From Synechococcus sp. (GTDB lineage: Bacteria; Cyanobacteriota; Cyanobacteriia; Thermostichales; PCC-7336): 39,012 nucleotides of DNA. Position numbers and translations under genes: made by a program. Below are positions 19,597 to 28,981 of the stretch, one piece after another (within the stretch, counting starts at the first letter, position 1; the number at the start of each line of letters is the position of its first letter). The DNA lies in the NCBI GenBank assembly GCA_051439605.1, contig JBFRWN010000061.1, forward strand, positions 1 through 39,012, read 5' to 3'. Under the pieces are notes generated by a model. It made no database searches. It had not been told where the DNA came from and saw only the letters and a list, made by a program, of their open reading frames with translations.

Positions 19597-20220
19597 CTAT
19601 TCAGCCTTCTTCGCCACGATAAACACCGCTTTGCCTTTGTCCGGTTGCCATTGGTAGTCAATCTCAAAACCGGCATCGGTCAAACTGTTTTCCAATTCTT
19701 TTGTCGTAAAGACCTTGACCAACGGTATCAAACCAAAGAATTTCCCAATCGCTGCGACGAACTGAAACCACTTCATATAGTCTCCAAGGCACGCCGTACT
19801 GGTGACAAATATGCCACCCGGTTTGAGCATCTTATGAACCTTGGCGATCGCTGCTTCCTTGTTTTCCAGTAAGTGAAGAATACTGAGCCCCAACACGGCA
19901 TCCAAGGTGCGATCGGAAACGCTGATTTCTTCGATAGTCGATTGTTCAAAGGTAATATTGTCAATATTTTGTGCGTCAGCTTTGCCTTGAGCGATTTCAA
20001 TCATTTTCGATGAGAGATCGATTGCGCGGATATGTTTCACATAGGGCGCATGGAGAATTGCGGTTGACCCTGTCCCGCAGCCAAACTCCAATACTTCCAT
20101 ATCCGGTTGAAAGTACTCGCGTGTGACCTGCAGTTTTTTCTGATAGGCTGCTTCATCAGCAATAGGTTGTTTTGAATAGCGTTCCGCAATTTTGTCCCAA
20201 AATTTAGCTGACTGATTCAT
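19597..20220 (-). CDS. Class I SAM-dependent methyltransferase
   Basis: FWDKIAERY, VLEFGCGTG, AIDLSSKMI and LKPGGIFV. Confidence 0.92.
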   Translation of the reverse strand: MNQSAKFWDKIAERYSKQPIADEAAYQKKLQVTREYFQPDMEVLEFGCGTGSTAILHAPYVKHIRAIDLSSKMIEIAQGKADAQNIDNITFEQSTIEEISVSDRTLDAVLGLSILHLLENKEAAIAKVHKMLKPGGIFVTSTACLGDYMKWFQFVAAIGKFFGLIPLVKVFTTKELENSLTDAGFEIDYQWQPDKGKAVFIVAKKAE

Positions 20221-20284
20221 CTCGACCACCGATTACATTACCCGACCCAATAGTCGTAACAGTAACCGATACGGTTTGTTGACA

Positions 20285-20458
20285 TCACATCGGGCGTCGT
20301 TCTGTTTCCACGAGCCCCACTCGCTTGACCCCCACCCAGAGCTGAGAGTCGTCCAGGTGTTCAACCCCATCCAGAAGCCAGTGGCGACGAATTTCAATGC
20401 AGCCATGTCCTCCATTGACGGTCTGGTGAAACTCGTGAGGTATGTCTTCAAACCCCAG
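20285..20458 (-). mobile_element. ISAs1-family transposase internal fragment (remnant)
   Basis: Manual translation FEDIPHEFHQTVNGGHGCIEIRRHWLLDGVEHL...WVGVKRVGLVETERR resembles the ISAs1 GHGRxExR...WxGLK...ER segment. The rest of the gene is absent. Confidence 0.75.
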
Positions 20459-20673
20459 GGACATGTCATTCTAGATGCAAACATAGAGATTACTGCCTTC
20501 CTGTCATTAATAGGGAGCATTAATGAAAGTCTAAAGTGACGCGTTCTCGTCAAGGCATGAAATGGTGATTTTTAGGCTGAAACAGCCCTGATTGTCCCTT
20601 TGAAATGAGATGTATGGGAATGCTGGGCATAGGCCTAGGAAAATCACTGAATTGGCCAGGCTGCTGAGTTTGC

Positions 20674-22617
20674 TTAGGCAACTAAGGGTAGTTGGCAGTT
20701 CAAGCTTTGCTGAAGATAGATTGACATGTCTGAGGCCGTCAGAGGTTTGCTAAACAAATAGCCTTGCACCGTGTCACAGTTGATTTTACGAAGGAAATCT
20801 AATTGGATTTCTGTCTCCACTCCTTCTGCAACCACAGTCATTTCTAGGTTTTTCCCTAGATCGACCATGCATTTGCTGAGTTTCCCATCACTAGAATTAA
20901 GGCCTATGTTCTGAATAAACGATCTATCAATCTTTAAGCGATCGCAGGAAAAACGTCTTAAATAGGAGATAGATGAATACCCTGTACCAAAATCATCGAT
21001 TGAGATTTTTATTCCCATATCTCGCAATTCAGAAATCACCTCTAGAGACTTGCCTGCATCTAGCATTGCGGTAGTTTCAGTGATCTCTAGCTCTAAAGAG
21101 CAGGCTGGAAATTTTGTTTTTTCTAGAACGCACTCAATTAAATTGATCAATAACGGATTGCGAAATTCTCTAGCCGAAAGATTGACGGAAATTCCCATCG
21201 AGTCTGAAGTATGAAGTTGCCATCTTCGCGCTTGGATACAGGCTTCCGTTAAAATCCATTCTGTCAGTTTGACTAAGATCCCAGTCTCCTCTGCCAAGGG
21301 AATAAACTTGTCAGGAGTTAACAAACCCCATTTGGGATGACGCCATCTCAGAAGAGCTTCGGCCCCGACGACCTGACCCGTTTTAAGATCGATTTGAGGT
21401 TGATAGTGCAGCTCTAACTCATCTTTCTCAAGTACATTTCTTAATTCATTCTCAAGCAACAATCGATCTGTTGCTTGAGCATTCATTGTTGAATTATATA
21501 AGGCAAAAGTATTTCTCCCTTGCTGTTTTGCTTGGTAAAGTGCTGCGTCTGCATTTTGCAACAGAGCTGCTGATTTTTCCGCATGGAATGGATAAATTGC
21601 AATCCCGATGCTACAGGTGACATGTAGTTCATAACCTTGACAAGGAAAGGGAGCATTGAATGCATTGAGAATTCTTTTAGAGAGGTGAGCTACTTGCTCT
21701 TCACTGACTAAATTTTCAATCAGGAGGGTGAACTCATCTCCTCCCCAACGAGCAAGAGTATCATTATTTCTTATACAACTCTTTAAACGCTGGGTAACTT
21801 GCTGCAAAAGGATGTCTCCCATACTATGGCCGAGAGAGTCATTAATGGTTTTAAATCGATCAATATCGATAAAGAAAACAGCTAATTGATTGTTATTATT
21901 CTTAGATATATCTAGAGCTTGTGTGAGTCTATCTTGAAACAATAGTCGATTGGGTAGGTCTGTCAGCAGATCGTAGTATGCCATGTAATGGACAAGACTG
22001 TTTTCATCCGAATTATCTAATTCATTTGTAGATTGATGATTACTGCCAGAGGAAAAATCTTTGACATGTAAAAGACTCATCTCTTGTGTTAGAACTGACG
22101 CTAGTTGGACACTAATTGTTATAAGTTCTTTTGTGTCGAAACTATTACTCAGCCAGTAAAATACACCTACTCCAATCAATTCATTCTTAAAAAAGACTGG
22201 AATTCCAAGGCCCGTTCTTAGGCCTGCAGAACACATCTTCAATTTCCAGTCTGGATCCAGATTTTCTGATTCAGATAGCGCCGAGACCCACTCTGGCTGC
22301 TTAGTCTTAAGAACTAAGTCTTGCAATGTATCGGAAGTTGAGGGAGATAGAGGGGACTGATTCAGCACGCTGAACTCTTGCTCAGCGCACTGCCAAATTG
22401 ACCCCAGTTTCAAACTTGATGAGTCAGTGTCTAGCAGCCATAGTTCTCCATACTGAAACCGATTGTCCTGACCGATACTTCCAACCAAGCTCTCAAAATC
22501 AATTTCGGAAGATCCTAGAGATTGCACGGCAGCACCAATTCTAATTTGACTAAGACGAGAATGGAATGCTCTTGCCCAAAGTTGCGAGCATGAAGGCATT
22601 TTGGGAATTTCCGACAC
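20674..22617 (-). CDS. GAF-like + GGDEF + EAL c-di-GMP turnover protein
   Basis: DLLTDLPNR, DIDRFKTINDSLGH, RNNDxxxxxGGDEF, EALLRW, DDFGTGYSS, VAEGVE and QGY. AT-rich. Confidence 0.93.
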   Translation of the reverse strand: MSEIPKMPSCSQLWARAFHSRLSQIRIGAAVQSLGSSEIDFESLVGSIGQDNRFQYGELWLLDTDSSSLKLGSIWQCAEQEFSVLNQSPLSPSTSDTLQDLVLKTKQPEWVSALSESENLDPDWKLKMCSAGLRTGLGIPVFFKNELIGVGVFYWLSNSFDTKELITISVQLASVLTQEMSLLHVKDFSSGSNHQSTNELDNSDENSLVHYMAYYDLLTDLPNRLLFQDRLTQALDISKNNNNQLAVFFIDIDRFKTINDSLGHSMGDILLQQVTQRLKSCIRNNDTLARWGGDEFTLLIENLVSEEQVAHLSKRILNAFNAPFPCQGYELHVTCSIGIAIYPFHAEKSAALLQNADAALYQAKQQGRNTFALYNSTMNAQATDRLLLENELRNVLEKDELELHYQPQIDLKTGQVVGAEALLRWRHPKWGLLTPDKFIPLAEETGILVKLTEWILTEACIQARRWQLHTSDSMGISVNLSAREFRNPLLINLIECVLEKTKFPACSLELEITETTAMLDAGKSLEVISELRDMGIKISIDDFGTGYSSISYLRRFSCDRLKIDRSFIQNIGLNSSDGKLSKCMVDLGKNLEMTVVAEGVETEIQLDFLRKINCDTVQGYLFSKPLTASDMSIYLQQSLNCQLPLVA

Positions 22618-22696
22618 CGAATCGCAAGGGCTCGTTCGAACCTGAAAGTGCTTCCAAGGCTGAATATGATGCCTTGACTATGGCTGAGGTGAAGAC

Positions 22697-23170
22697 CTAC
22701 TGCTGTAGGACTGCTTTTGTCGCCTCAGTTGATTCTGGTGACTGAAGAGCATCCCTGTCGTTGCTAAAGTCAATGTTTCCCAGTTCTTCTTGAGATAAAG
22801 CATCTTTGCTGGTTAAAACAAGGCATGCCTGATTGCCAAGCCATAAGGTATCCCCAAGTTTGAGCATTCGATTTTTAACGGGCTGACCATCTAAAAAGAC
22901 TCCGTTGGTGCTGTCGCGATCGCCGGTCTCTCCATCCAAAATTTGAAACCGAGAATGATGGCCGCCGAGATCTACTCGAATCAAGCGGGCGTGGAACCGC
23001 GAAACAAAAGGATCGATGACGCGGATCGAGCAACGACTGCTGCGCCCAATGCTGTATGAGTCTTCATCTAATACAATTCCTCGTCGACCTTGACTATCGT
23101 TAACGATCAAGATCGGGGATGCAGACAAGTTCTGCGACTCGGTGGCGGTCTTGTCAAGGAGGTTGTGCAT
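22697..23170 (-). CDS. FHA domain protein
   Basis: YSIGR, VSRFHA and STNGV motifs. Start uncertain (ATG 23170; the ORF extends to 23245). Confidence 0.85.
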   Translation of the reverse strand: MHNLLDKTATESQNLSASPILIVNDSQGRRGIVLDEDSYSIGRSSRCSIRVIDPFVSRFHARLIRVDLGGHHSRFQILDGETGDRDSTNGVFLDGQPVKNRMLKLGDTLWLGNQACLVLTSKDALSQEELGNIDFSNDRDALQSPESTEATKAVLQQ

Positions 23171-23457
23171 GTGACTGTTGTCCTGTATCCGCTGAAATTG
23201 TCTAATCGTTAGATTGTGATGGTTGTTACGGAACAACCGTTGCACCGATTGGTTCTAGGACAGATGGCAGTATTGATGTAGCAGTAGCATTTAGGGTCTG
23301 CACAAGGTCAGTGCAGGTTTTAAGTTCGGGTGGGGGACCGATCGGAACGGTTAATACACCGCACTGATACTGTAGTTAGGTAACCCAAAACCGACAGTAA
23401 AATTACGTAAACCTTTTGTGAAGGCAGACTAAGGTTGTTGGGAAAGGTATAAATCTT

Positions 23458-23901
23458 TCAGTTTTTGGGGCTTGCCTGGGCGGCAGCAAAGTGCCATTGG
23501 AAAAGGGGTCTAGCCATTCTGAGGGCCTCGAACAATGACTGCTTTGAGTGGCTATTTTGCACTTTGGAATTCACCGGAATCTCTGTTTCAGGCTTACTGA
23601 TAAAAGAGACGATCCAATATATTGAGGCATTTAATGATGCAGCTAGTCGATATTGTTTCAGATTCTTAGGTTTGGCTGAGGTGGAAAATATGTAGGTGAT
23701 GGAGAAGTTGCTTAGAATGCGATCGCCCTTGGTCTGCCAGCGTTTTTGCGAGCTGCCCTTGCTTCTACACTGCGCATTGAGGTAGTCAATCCACCTGTCC
23801 CTTAAGTATTTTTTCTCGGTGTTACTGACCTTTGCGGGTGAACCAACGTGGTGGGCGACCAATTCCATGCAGAAGTGTAAATCCTCAACCGAGATATGCA
23901 A
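23458..23901 (-). CDS. Hypothetical protein
   Basis: 147-aa ORF filling the gap downstream of nrdJ; no motif recognised and no clear ribosome-binding site. Confidence 0.35.
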   Translation of the reverse strand: MHISVEDLHFCMELVAHHVGSPAKVSNTEKKYLRDRWIDYLNAQCRSKGSSQKRWQTKGDRILSNFSITYIFSTSAKPKNLKQYRLAASLNASIYWIVSFISKPETEIPVNSKVQNSHSKQSLFEALRMARPLFQWHFAAAQASPKN

Positions 23902-23919
23902 ACGTTGAGGGGGAACGAC

Positions 23920-23950
23920 GAAGGGGAGCCTGATTCATTAGACTCCCCTC
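23920..23950 (-). terminator. Hairpin downstream of nrdJ
   Basis: Minus strand GAGGGGAGTCT-loop-AGGCTCCCCTT stem; weak U-tract. Confidence 0.5.
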
Positions 23951-23976
23951 AAGCTCAAGATTCCCGACTGCAACTG

Positions 23977-26196
23977 TTAACGCACGGGGCAAGCACCCCC
24001 CACGCAATCTGCTTCCAGATCCACCGCGTCAGGGTCATCCATCAGCCGCTCGTAGAAGGCGAGGCGCTCGAAGTCTACCGAGAACACAGCTCCCTTAGCC
24101 CGTTCTTCGTACTCCGCCTTGGTCATCGCTTGATAAGGCAACAGTGGATAGACATCATCAGCCGACTTGGGCAAGAAGGAAATACCGACAAAATCTTCCC
24201 AGTTGTCGTACACCCAATCCACCACGTCATCCCACTCGTCATCTGCCACCGTAATCGTGACGCTAGCGTTGTGGTCGCAATAAAACTTGGTGGTGCACTT
24301 GTAATTCTCCAGCTGCTCGATTGCCGACACGTCCGAACTGTTGCGTCGTGCCGCCGTCTTCACTGGGAACTCCAACACCCAGGTATCCGACTGAGCTAAG
24401 ACGCGATCGCGGGCTTCTGCAGGTAGATTGCGATACCAGTCCAACTTCTCCCAAATATTGCTGCCCTCTGCCTCTGCTAGGCCATCCAGTACAAACGCCT
24501 CGGGATAAATTGGTACCCCTTGGTCCCGCAGCGTCAGAGCTAGCGCATCGGTGCGGCTCATGCGGATGCGTCGCAGGTAAAAGGGTGCGTAGGGCCAGTG
24601 CAGACCAGAGGCAATGGTATTCAGCTGAGCGTAAGTACCGTTGGGCTTATTGGTGGTCACCAGCAGCGGACGGGGGACACCCAAATGCTCCGCATACCGA
24701 GTGGCTTCGTCATTGGCGGTATCGTGGCACCACTTGCGTAGCTCGTTCGCCTCATCAGAGTCCACCGCCCAACCCAACTTGTCAAATAACTCCACCCAAC
24801 CGCAGCAGTCCACCCCCAGCAGGCGTTCGTGCTTTTGAGTGACATCCCACAGCGGCAGGCTGATATTGACGCAGGTCTGGCGCAAGCCGATGCGAGTAAT
24901 CAGCCGCAGCGAGAGTTCCAGCTCGTCATAATCCACCTCAATGCCACCGTCCGCTGTCTCTTTGGTGAATACTGGCAGCGGTAGCGCCGTCAGATTGCAG
25001 AAGGAGCCCGCTTTAGCGCCTGCATACCCCGAGCTGAGCAGAATTTCCGCACAGGGATTGGTCAGACCGGCATTGTCCACATAGTTAGACACTGGCTCGT
25101 CCGGACGCCATTTCAGGGCCGCTTTCTGGCGGCGAGACTTGTGCCCCGCCCCGTTAATAAAGCCAGGCTCCCCTTCGTAGCGAATCACCTGGAACAGCTC
25201 CCGCAGGAAGTCTTTCTCGGGACGCTGGTAATACACACCAGAGTTATTGGACATGGCTCGATAGCGCTTTTGGGCCAGCTTTTCGTCAGTCCACAGTCCC
25301 CGCTTAGCACTGGCGGTTTCCGTATCGTTCGGGTCAAACAGGCAAATCTCGGCGCTACGACGGACGTTACCGGCCACCACACAACTGCCGATGCAGCACA
25401 TGATGTCCATGGCATCGATGGGCCGCATCTGCGGAGCTGGGGCGCTGCAGATGATGTCGGTCACTTCTAGCAGCATCTTTTGTAGCGGGGCATAGCCGCT
25501 GGCGGTGCCGCCAAACCCCTTAATGCGTTCACCGAAGGGGCGCACGTTATTAAAATCAACCTCAATGGATTGAAATTCTGAATCTTCGCTGGCTAGTTTG
25601 AGCAGAATACCGAGGGAATCTACCCATCCCTGACGGGAATCTCCGACGGTGATGCGCACTACCGAGCCGTTAATCTCCATCGTGGTACTTTCCTGCCGTT
25701 CGAGGGCGGGTTTCCGTTCGACAGGCAGGGGAATCAGTTTGAAATCCTGCCGGAATTTCGGCAGCTGCTCCACATCGCTGCGCAGGACCCGGAAGCCCAC
25801 ACCACAACCCAACATCAGCAGGTGAAATGCTTCGGTAAAGGCGGCGATCCGATCAACTGCCAGCGCACTGCAGTTAAAGCAAGCCTCCGGCACCGTATCC
25901 GTAATCTTGGTGCCCCCTACCCAGGCCACGCGCCCCGAAGCCCAAGCCTTGAGCTGGTTGAAGCGATCGAACATTAGTTCCGCTTCCGCCTGCAGCTCTT
26001 CCTCAGACTGCAAGCCATGGGCTAAGCCGATGTTGTAATTGGTAACGCGGGCGTTGCGCTCCCAAGGGGTTTCGCGTCGCTGCTCTTCGGGCAAGTAACG
26101 CAGGTACGTGCGGGTGTCAACTACTGCCCCCAACGCGCCGTAAGGAACCGGTGTTTGGCTGGCGAGATCGATCTGGTCGCGGGTAATGAAGTCCAT
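23977..26196 (-). CDS. nrdJ: Class II (adenosylcobalamin-dependent) monomeric ribonucleotide reductase
   Basis: RTY...RRET, CFNC, LLMLGCGVGF, VVAGNVRRSAEI, TNPCAEI, FCNL, HNAS and C-terminal CVGGACPVR. No intein-sized insertion seen. Confidence 0.93.
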   Translation of the reverse strand: MDFITRDQIDLASQTPVPYGALGAVVDTRTYLRYLPEEQRRETPWERNARVTNYNIGLAHGLQSEEELQAEAELMFDRFNQLKAWASGRVAWVGGTKITDTVPEACFNCSALAVDRIAAFTEAFHLLMLGCGVGFRVLRSDVEQLPKFRQDFKLIPLPVERKPALERQESTTMEINGSVVRITVGDSRQGWVDSLGILLKLASEDSEFQSIEVDFNNVRPFGERIKGFGGTASGYAPLQKMLLEVTDIICSAPAPQMRPIDAMDIMCCIGSCVVAGNVRRSAEICLFDPNDTETASAKRGLWTDEKLAQKRYRAMSNNSGVYYQRPEKDFLRELFQVIRYEGEPGFINGAGHKSRRQKAALKWRPDEPVSNYVDNAGLTNPCAEILLSSGYAGAKAGSFCNLTALPLPVFTKETADGGIEVDYDELELSLRLITRIGLRQTCVNISLPLWDVTQKHERLLGVDCCGWVELFDKLGWAVDSDEANELRKWCHDTANDEATRYAEHLGVPRPLLVTTNKPNGTYAQLNTIASGLHWPYAPFYLRRIRMSRTDALALTLRDQGVPIYPEAFVLDGLAEAEGSNIWEKLDWYRNLPAEARDRVLAQSDTWVLEFPVKTAARRNSSDVSAIEQLENYKCTTKFYCDHNASVTITVADDEWDDVVDWVYDNWEDFVGISFLPKSADDVYPLLPYQAMTKAEYEERAKGAVFSVDFERLAFYERLMDDPDAVDLEADCVGGACPVR

Positions 26197-26357
26197 GGGA
26201 ATTCCCAAAAGAAGTGCGAAGTAGATGAGGTATGGCTAACCGTGTAGGGCTCGAGAAGAGCTGGGTTGAACGAGAGGGCTAAAAGTGCGAGATCTTTATT
26301 CAATTCAAACCAAATTCGCTCGCAATCGGATTTGCTGACAATCGGAATTGCCGATCG

Positions 26358-26786
26358 CTAGAGGCCGGTACTTCCAAATCCACCGCTGCCGCGGACGGTA
26401 GTCGATAACTCTTCAGTCACTTGCCACAGGACGTCGGGTACGGGCATGAAGACCAGCTGGCAAACGCGATCGCCCTTACGGACTGTGAATGGCTCGTCAC
26501 TTTGGTTGAACACCAACGCACAAACGGGGCCGCGATAGGAAGCATCGATCAAGCCAGGGGAGTTGCTCAGGGTAATACCTTTAGAGGCCAAGCCAGAGCG
26601 GGGTAATAGCAGCACCGCCCAATCTTCCGGAATCTCTAGGGAAAATCCCAACGGTACTTTGCCAATGGTGCGGGGCAGTAGGAGTACTTCCTCCGCAGCA
26701 TAGCAATCCCACCCAGCGTCCTGGCGATCGCGGCGGGACGGTAGAGCATGACAATTATCTAACCGCTGAATTTTTACAGGCAGCAC
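26358..26786 (-). CDS. dut: Trimeric dUTPase
   Basis: Five motifs: AGWD, PRSG, GLIDASYRG, DRVCQL and RGSGGFGSTG. Start GTG 26786 (alternative 26834). Confidence 0.95.
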   Translation of the reverse strand: MLPVKIQRLDNCHALPSRRDRQDAGWDCYAAEEVLLLPRTIGKVPLGFSLEIPEDWAVLLLPRSGLASKGITLSNSPGLIDASYRGPVCALVFNQSDEPFTVRKGDRVCQLVFMPVPDVLWQVTEELSTTVRGSGGFGSTGL

Positions 26787-27230
26787 GCTCGAAAGCCTCA
26801 AAAACTGTGTTGAACTTCCCCCAGCAACGGACACTACCAGTGGGGGGATTTCTGTATGGCGAGCACTATATCACGAGGGTTCCCAGTAAAATATGCCCGC
26901 TCGTTACTGCTCAATGGCTCAGCGATCCCCCAGAAAGGGCTTGACCGTAGCATTTGACCAACAATTGGAACCTACCATTAAGATTTGTCCTAGTGGTGGG
27001 GGGCACAGACCTAAAAGCGCCGCCTGAGCACCTATCGGTGGCGATCGCTACTGTCATCGTTCGATGTCGGTTGCCGCGATCGAGTGGTTTGAAGGTGCGG
27101 TTCGCCAACTCCACCTCCACTGTCTTCATCAGAGTGGTTTGTGCCAGACTTCTGGTTGCCAGATTTTTCTGTCAAGGAATGACCGAAGTTGGTCACAATA
27201 AGGTGAAGGAATCAAAACAATTATCCCTCT

Positions 27231-27524
27231 ATGGACAGCATCTCCCTCGCCATCTGGATTCTAAATCCCTTACTTGCACTCTACATTTTGCTGTTTGTGC
27301 TGCGTATTCCCTTGTCTTGGTATCCGCAAATTGATGGCAGCCGCTTTCCCTACAACATAGTGGTGTTGCCCACAGAGTGGCTGCTGGGTCTGACCCGTAA
27401 AGTCGTGCCCACGATGGGGGGCGTCGATATGAGCCCCGTGATTTGGGTGGCAATTATGTCGTTCTTGCGGGAAATTCTGTTGGGTCAACAGGGGCTGCTG
27501 ACTATGGCTTCTACCCTGAATTAG
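27231..27524 (+). CDS. yggT: YggT/CCB3-like membrane protein
   Basis: FVLRIPLSWYP...PTEWLL..TRKVVPTMGGVDMSPVIW. Confidence 0.9.
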   Translation: MDSISLAIWILNPLLALYILLFVLRIPLSWYPQIDGSRFPYNIVVLPTEWLLGLTRKVVPTMGGVDMSPVIWVAIMSFLREILLGQQGLLTMASTLN

Positions 27525-27595
27525 AAGCACTGAGTCAGTTTGTTGAATTTTGGACCGTCCGTTATCTCGGACCAGGATGCCAAGGATGCGCTACT

Positions 27596-28981
27596 TTATT
27601 CGGTAGATGGGGACTCGGGCAGGGGGTCGCAGACCTTTTGAGGGAAAGAGAGGCTGACGGTTGTCCAACCGTTCTGGCTGGTAATGGTGATGGTGCCCGC
27701 CAGTAGTTGAACCAGCTCCTTCACGATCGACAATCCCAGTCCCGTGCCTTGCACTTGGGCGTCTCTGGCCGCACGAGCGCGGAAGAACTTGTCGAAGAGA
27801 GAATCCAGATCCCCTGCAGGGATTTCCACCGAATTTCTCACATCCAGTTCCCAGCGATCGCCGACGGAGGGGCGCATGCAAAGTTGGATCGTTCCACCTG
27901 AGGGGGTGTACTTGCAGGCGTTGTGAATCAGCTCCCGCAGAATACGATCCATGCAGCCGCGATCCATCTCCACCGAATGATGGACTTCCGATAGCTGTGG
28001 GTAAAACGGTCCCTCGACCGTCAAGCCGCGCTGGGTGGCTTCAATTTTGGCTTTGCTAGCCCAATCAGCCAACCACGGAGACAAAGACACTGAAGCTGAG
28101 GAGCCACGAAGAAAGCGGTGGTGGGCCTGCTCGAACTTTTGTAAGTCCAGTAAACCGTTTACCAGCTCGATTTCCCGCTGGCATTGTTGTAAGGCCATGG
28201 TGATATATTTCTGCCGCTGGGATTCGGGCAGTTGATTCTGCAGCATCGTCAGGGCCATTTTGATGCTGGTGAGGGGGGTGCGCAGCTCGTGGGAAACCGT
28301 ATTTATGAAATCATCTTTAAGTTGGTGCATTTGCTGGAGTTGCTGCACCTGGTTTTGAGAGGTTTGGTACAGGCGAGCTTGGCGAATGGCGATCGCGCAT
28401 TGGTTGGCCACCTGTTTCACCAAGCGAATTTCGTACTCGCTAAAGCCTCGGTCAGCTCGATCGACCAGCCATAAATCTCCAATGACGGTCTCGTCGTTAT
28501 GAATGGGGCAGGCCAGTAAAGACACCCGTTGTCGCTCGGGACTGACCCGCAGCGAGCACATTTGAAAACACGACTGGTCGAGCAACTGCTGGTAGCACTC
28601 TGCGAAATCCTCCATGGAGGAGACGCGGCCCCGCGAGGCCGGAATAGCAGCCGCAAATTCGTAGTGTACGGTCGAAGTCTTATTGGTCAGATCGTAGAGG
28701 GATGCGTTACAACAGCGGACGTTGAGGGCCAAACATAGCTCCCTTACCGTGGTTTCGATAATGGTGTCTTCGTCGAGACTATCGCGAACGCGATCGGTAA
28801 TTCCCTTCAGCAGTTCTTCGAAGCCAAGAAGCTGTTTAACACTGGAAGAATATCCCTCCATCCTTGCAGAGCGACCCTTCTGCCGATACGATTCGCGTTT
28901 GTGTTGGGCAAAGTTTCCCTCCACCACAGTCTCGTGCCCGGGGTGCAGCGGAGTATCCGAATCTGAAGAGAAAGAGGTCAT
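27596..28981 (-). CDS. GAF-domain sensor histidine kinase
   Basis: GAF segment (ITDRVRDSLDE...QVANQCAIAIRQARLY), H-box SHELRTPL, N-box NACKYT and G2 box GTGLGL. Start uncertain (the ORF extends to 29086). Confidence 0.9.
   Translation of the reverse strand: MTSFSSDSDTPLHPGHETVVEGNFAQHKRESYRQKGRSARMEGYSSSVKQLLGFEELLKGITDRVRDSLDEDTIIETTVRELCLALNVRCCNASLYDLTNKTSTVHYEFAAAIPASRGRVSSMEDFAECYQQLLDQSCFQMCSLRVSPERQRVSLLACPIHNDETVIGDLWLVDRADRGFSEYEIRLVKQVANQCAIAIRQARLYQTSQNQVQQLQQMHQLKDDFINTVSHELRTPLTSIKMALTMLQNQLPESQRQKYITMALQQCQREIELVNGLLDLQKFEQAHHRFLRGSSASVSLSPWLADWASKAKIEATQRGLTVEGPFYPQLSEVHHSVEMDRGCMDRILRELIHNACKYTPSGGTIQLCMRPSVGDRWELDVRNSVEIPAGDLDSLFDKFFRARAARDAQVQGTGLGLSIVKELVQLLAGTITITSQNGWTTVSLSFPQKVCDPLPESPSTE

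Noticed and set aside
20233..20553. ORF-track ORFs 20233-20553 (-) and 20276-20539 (+)
   Set aside because: They are alternate-frame shadows of the ISAs1 fragment.
23246..23457. c-di-GMP riboswitch upstream of the FHA/GGDEF-EAL genes
   Set aside because: I could not find the GGCAAA...GCAAAG core on the coding strand.
23977..26196. Intein or intron in nrdJ
   Set aside because: The frame is continuous, the length is ordinary, and no splicing motifs were seen.
26197..26357. Cobalamin riboswitch or NrdR boxes before nrdJ
   Set aside because: No B12-box motif or convincing NrdR pair seen; only a short CAATCGGAWTTGC duplication of unknown meaning.
26911..27334. Short ORFs upstream of yggT, including a possible psbX
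   Set aside because: No PsbX-like hydrophobic peptide and no recognisable motifs.
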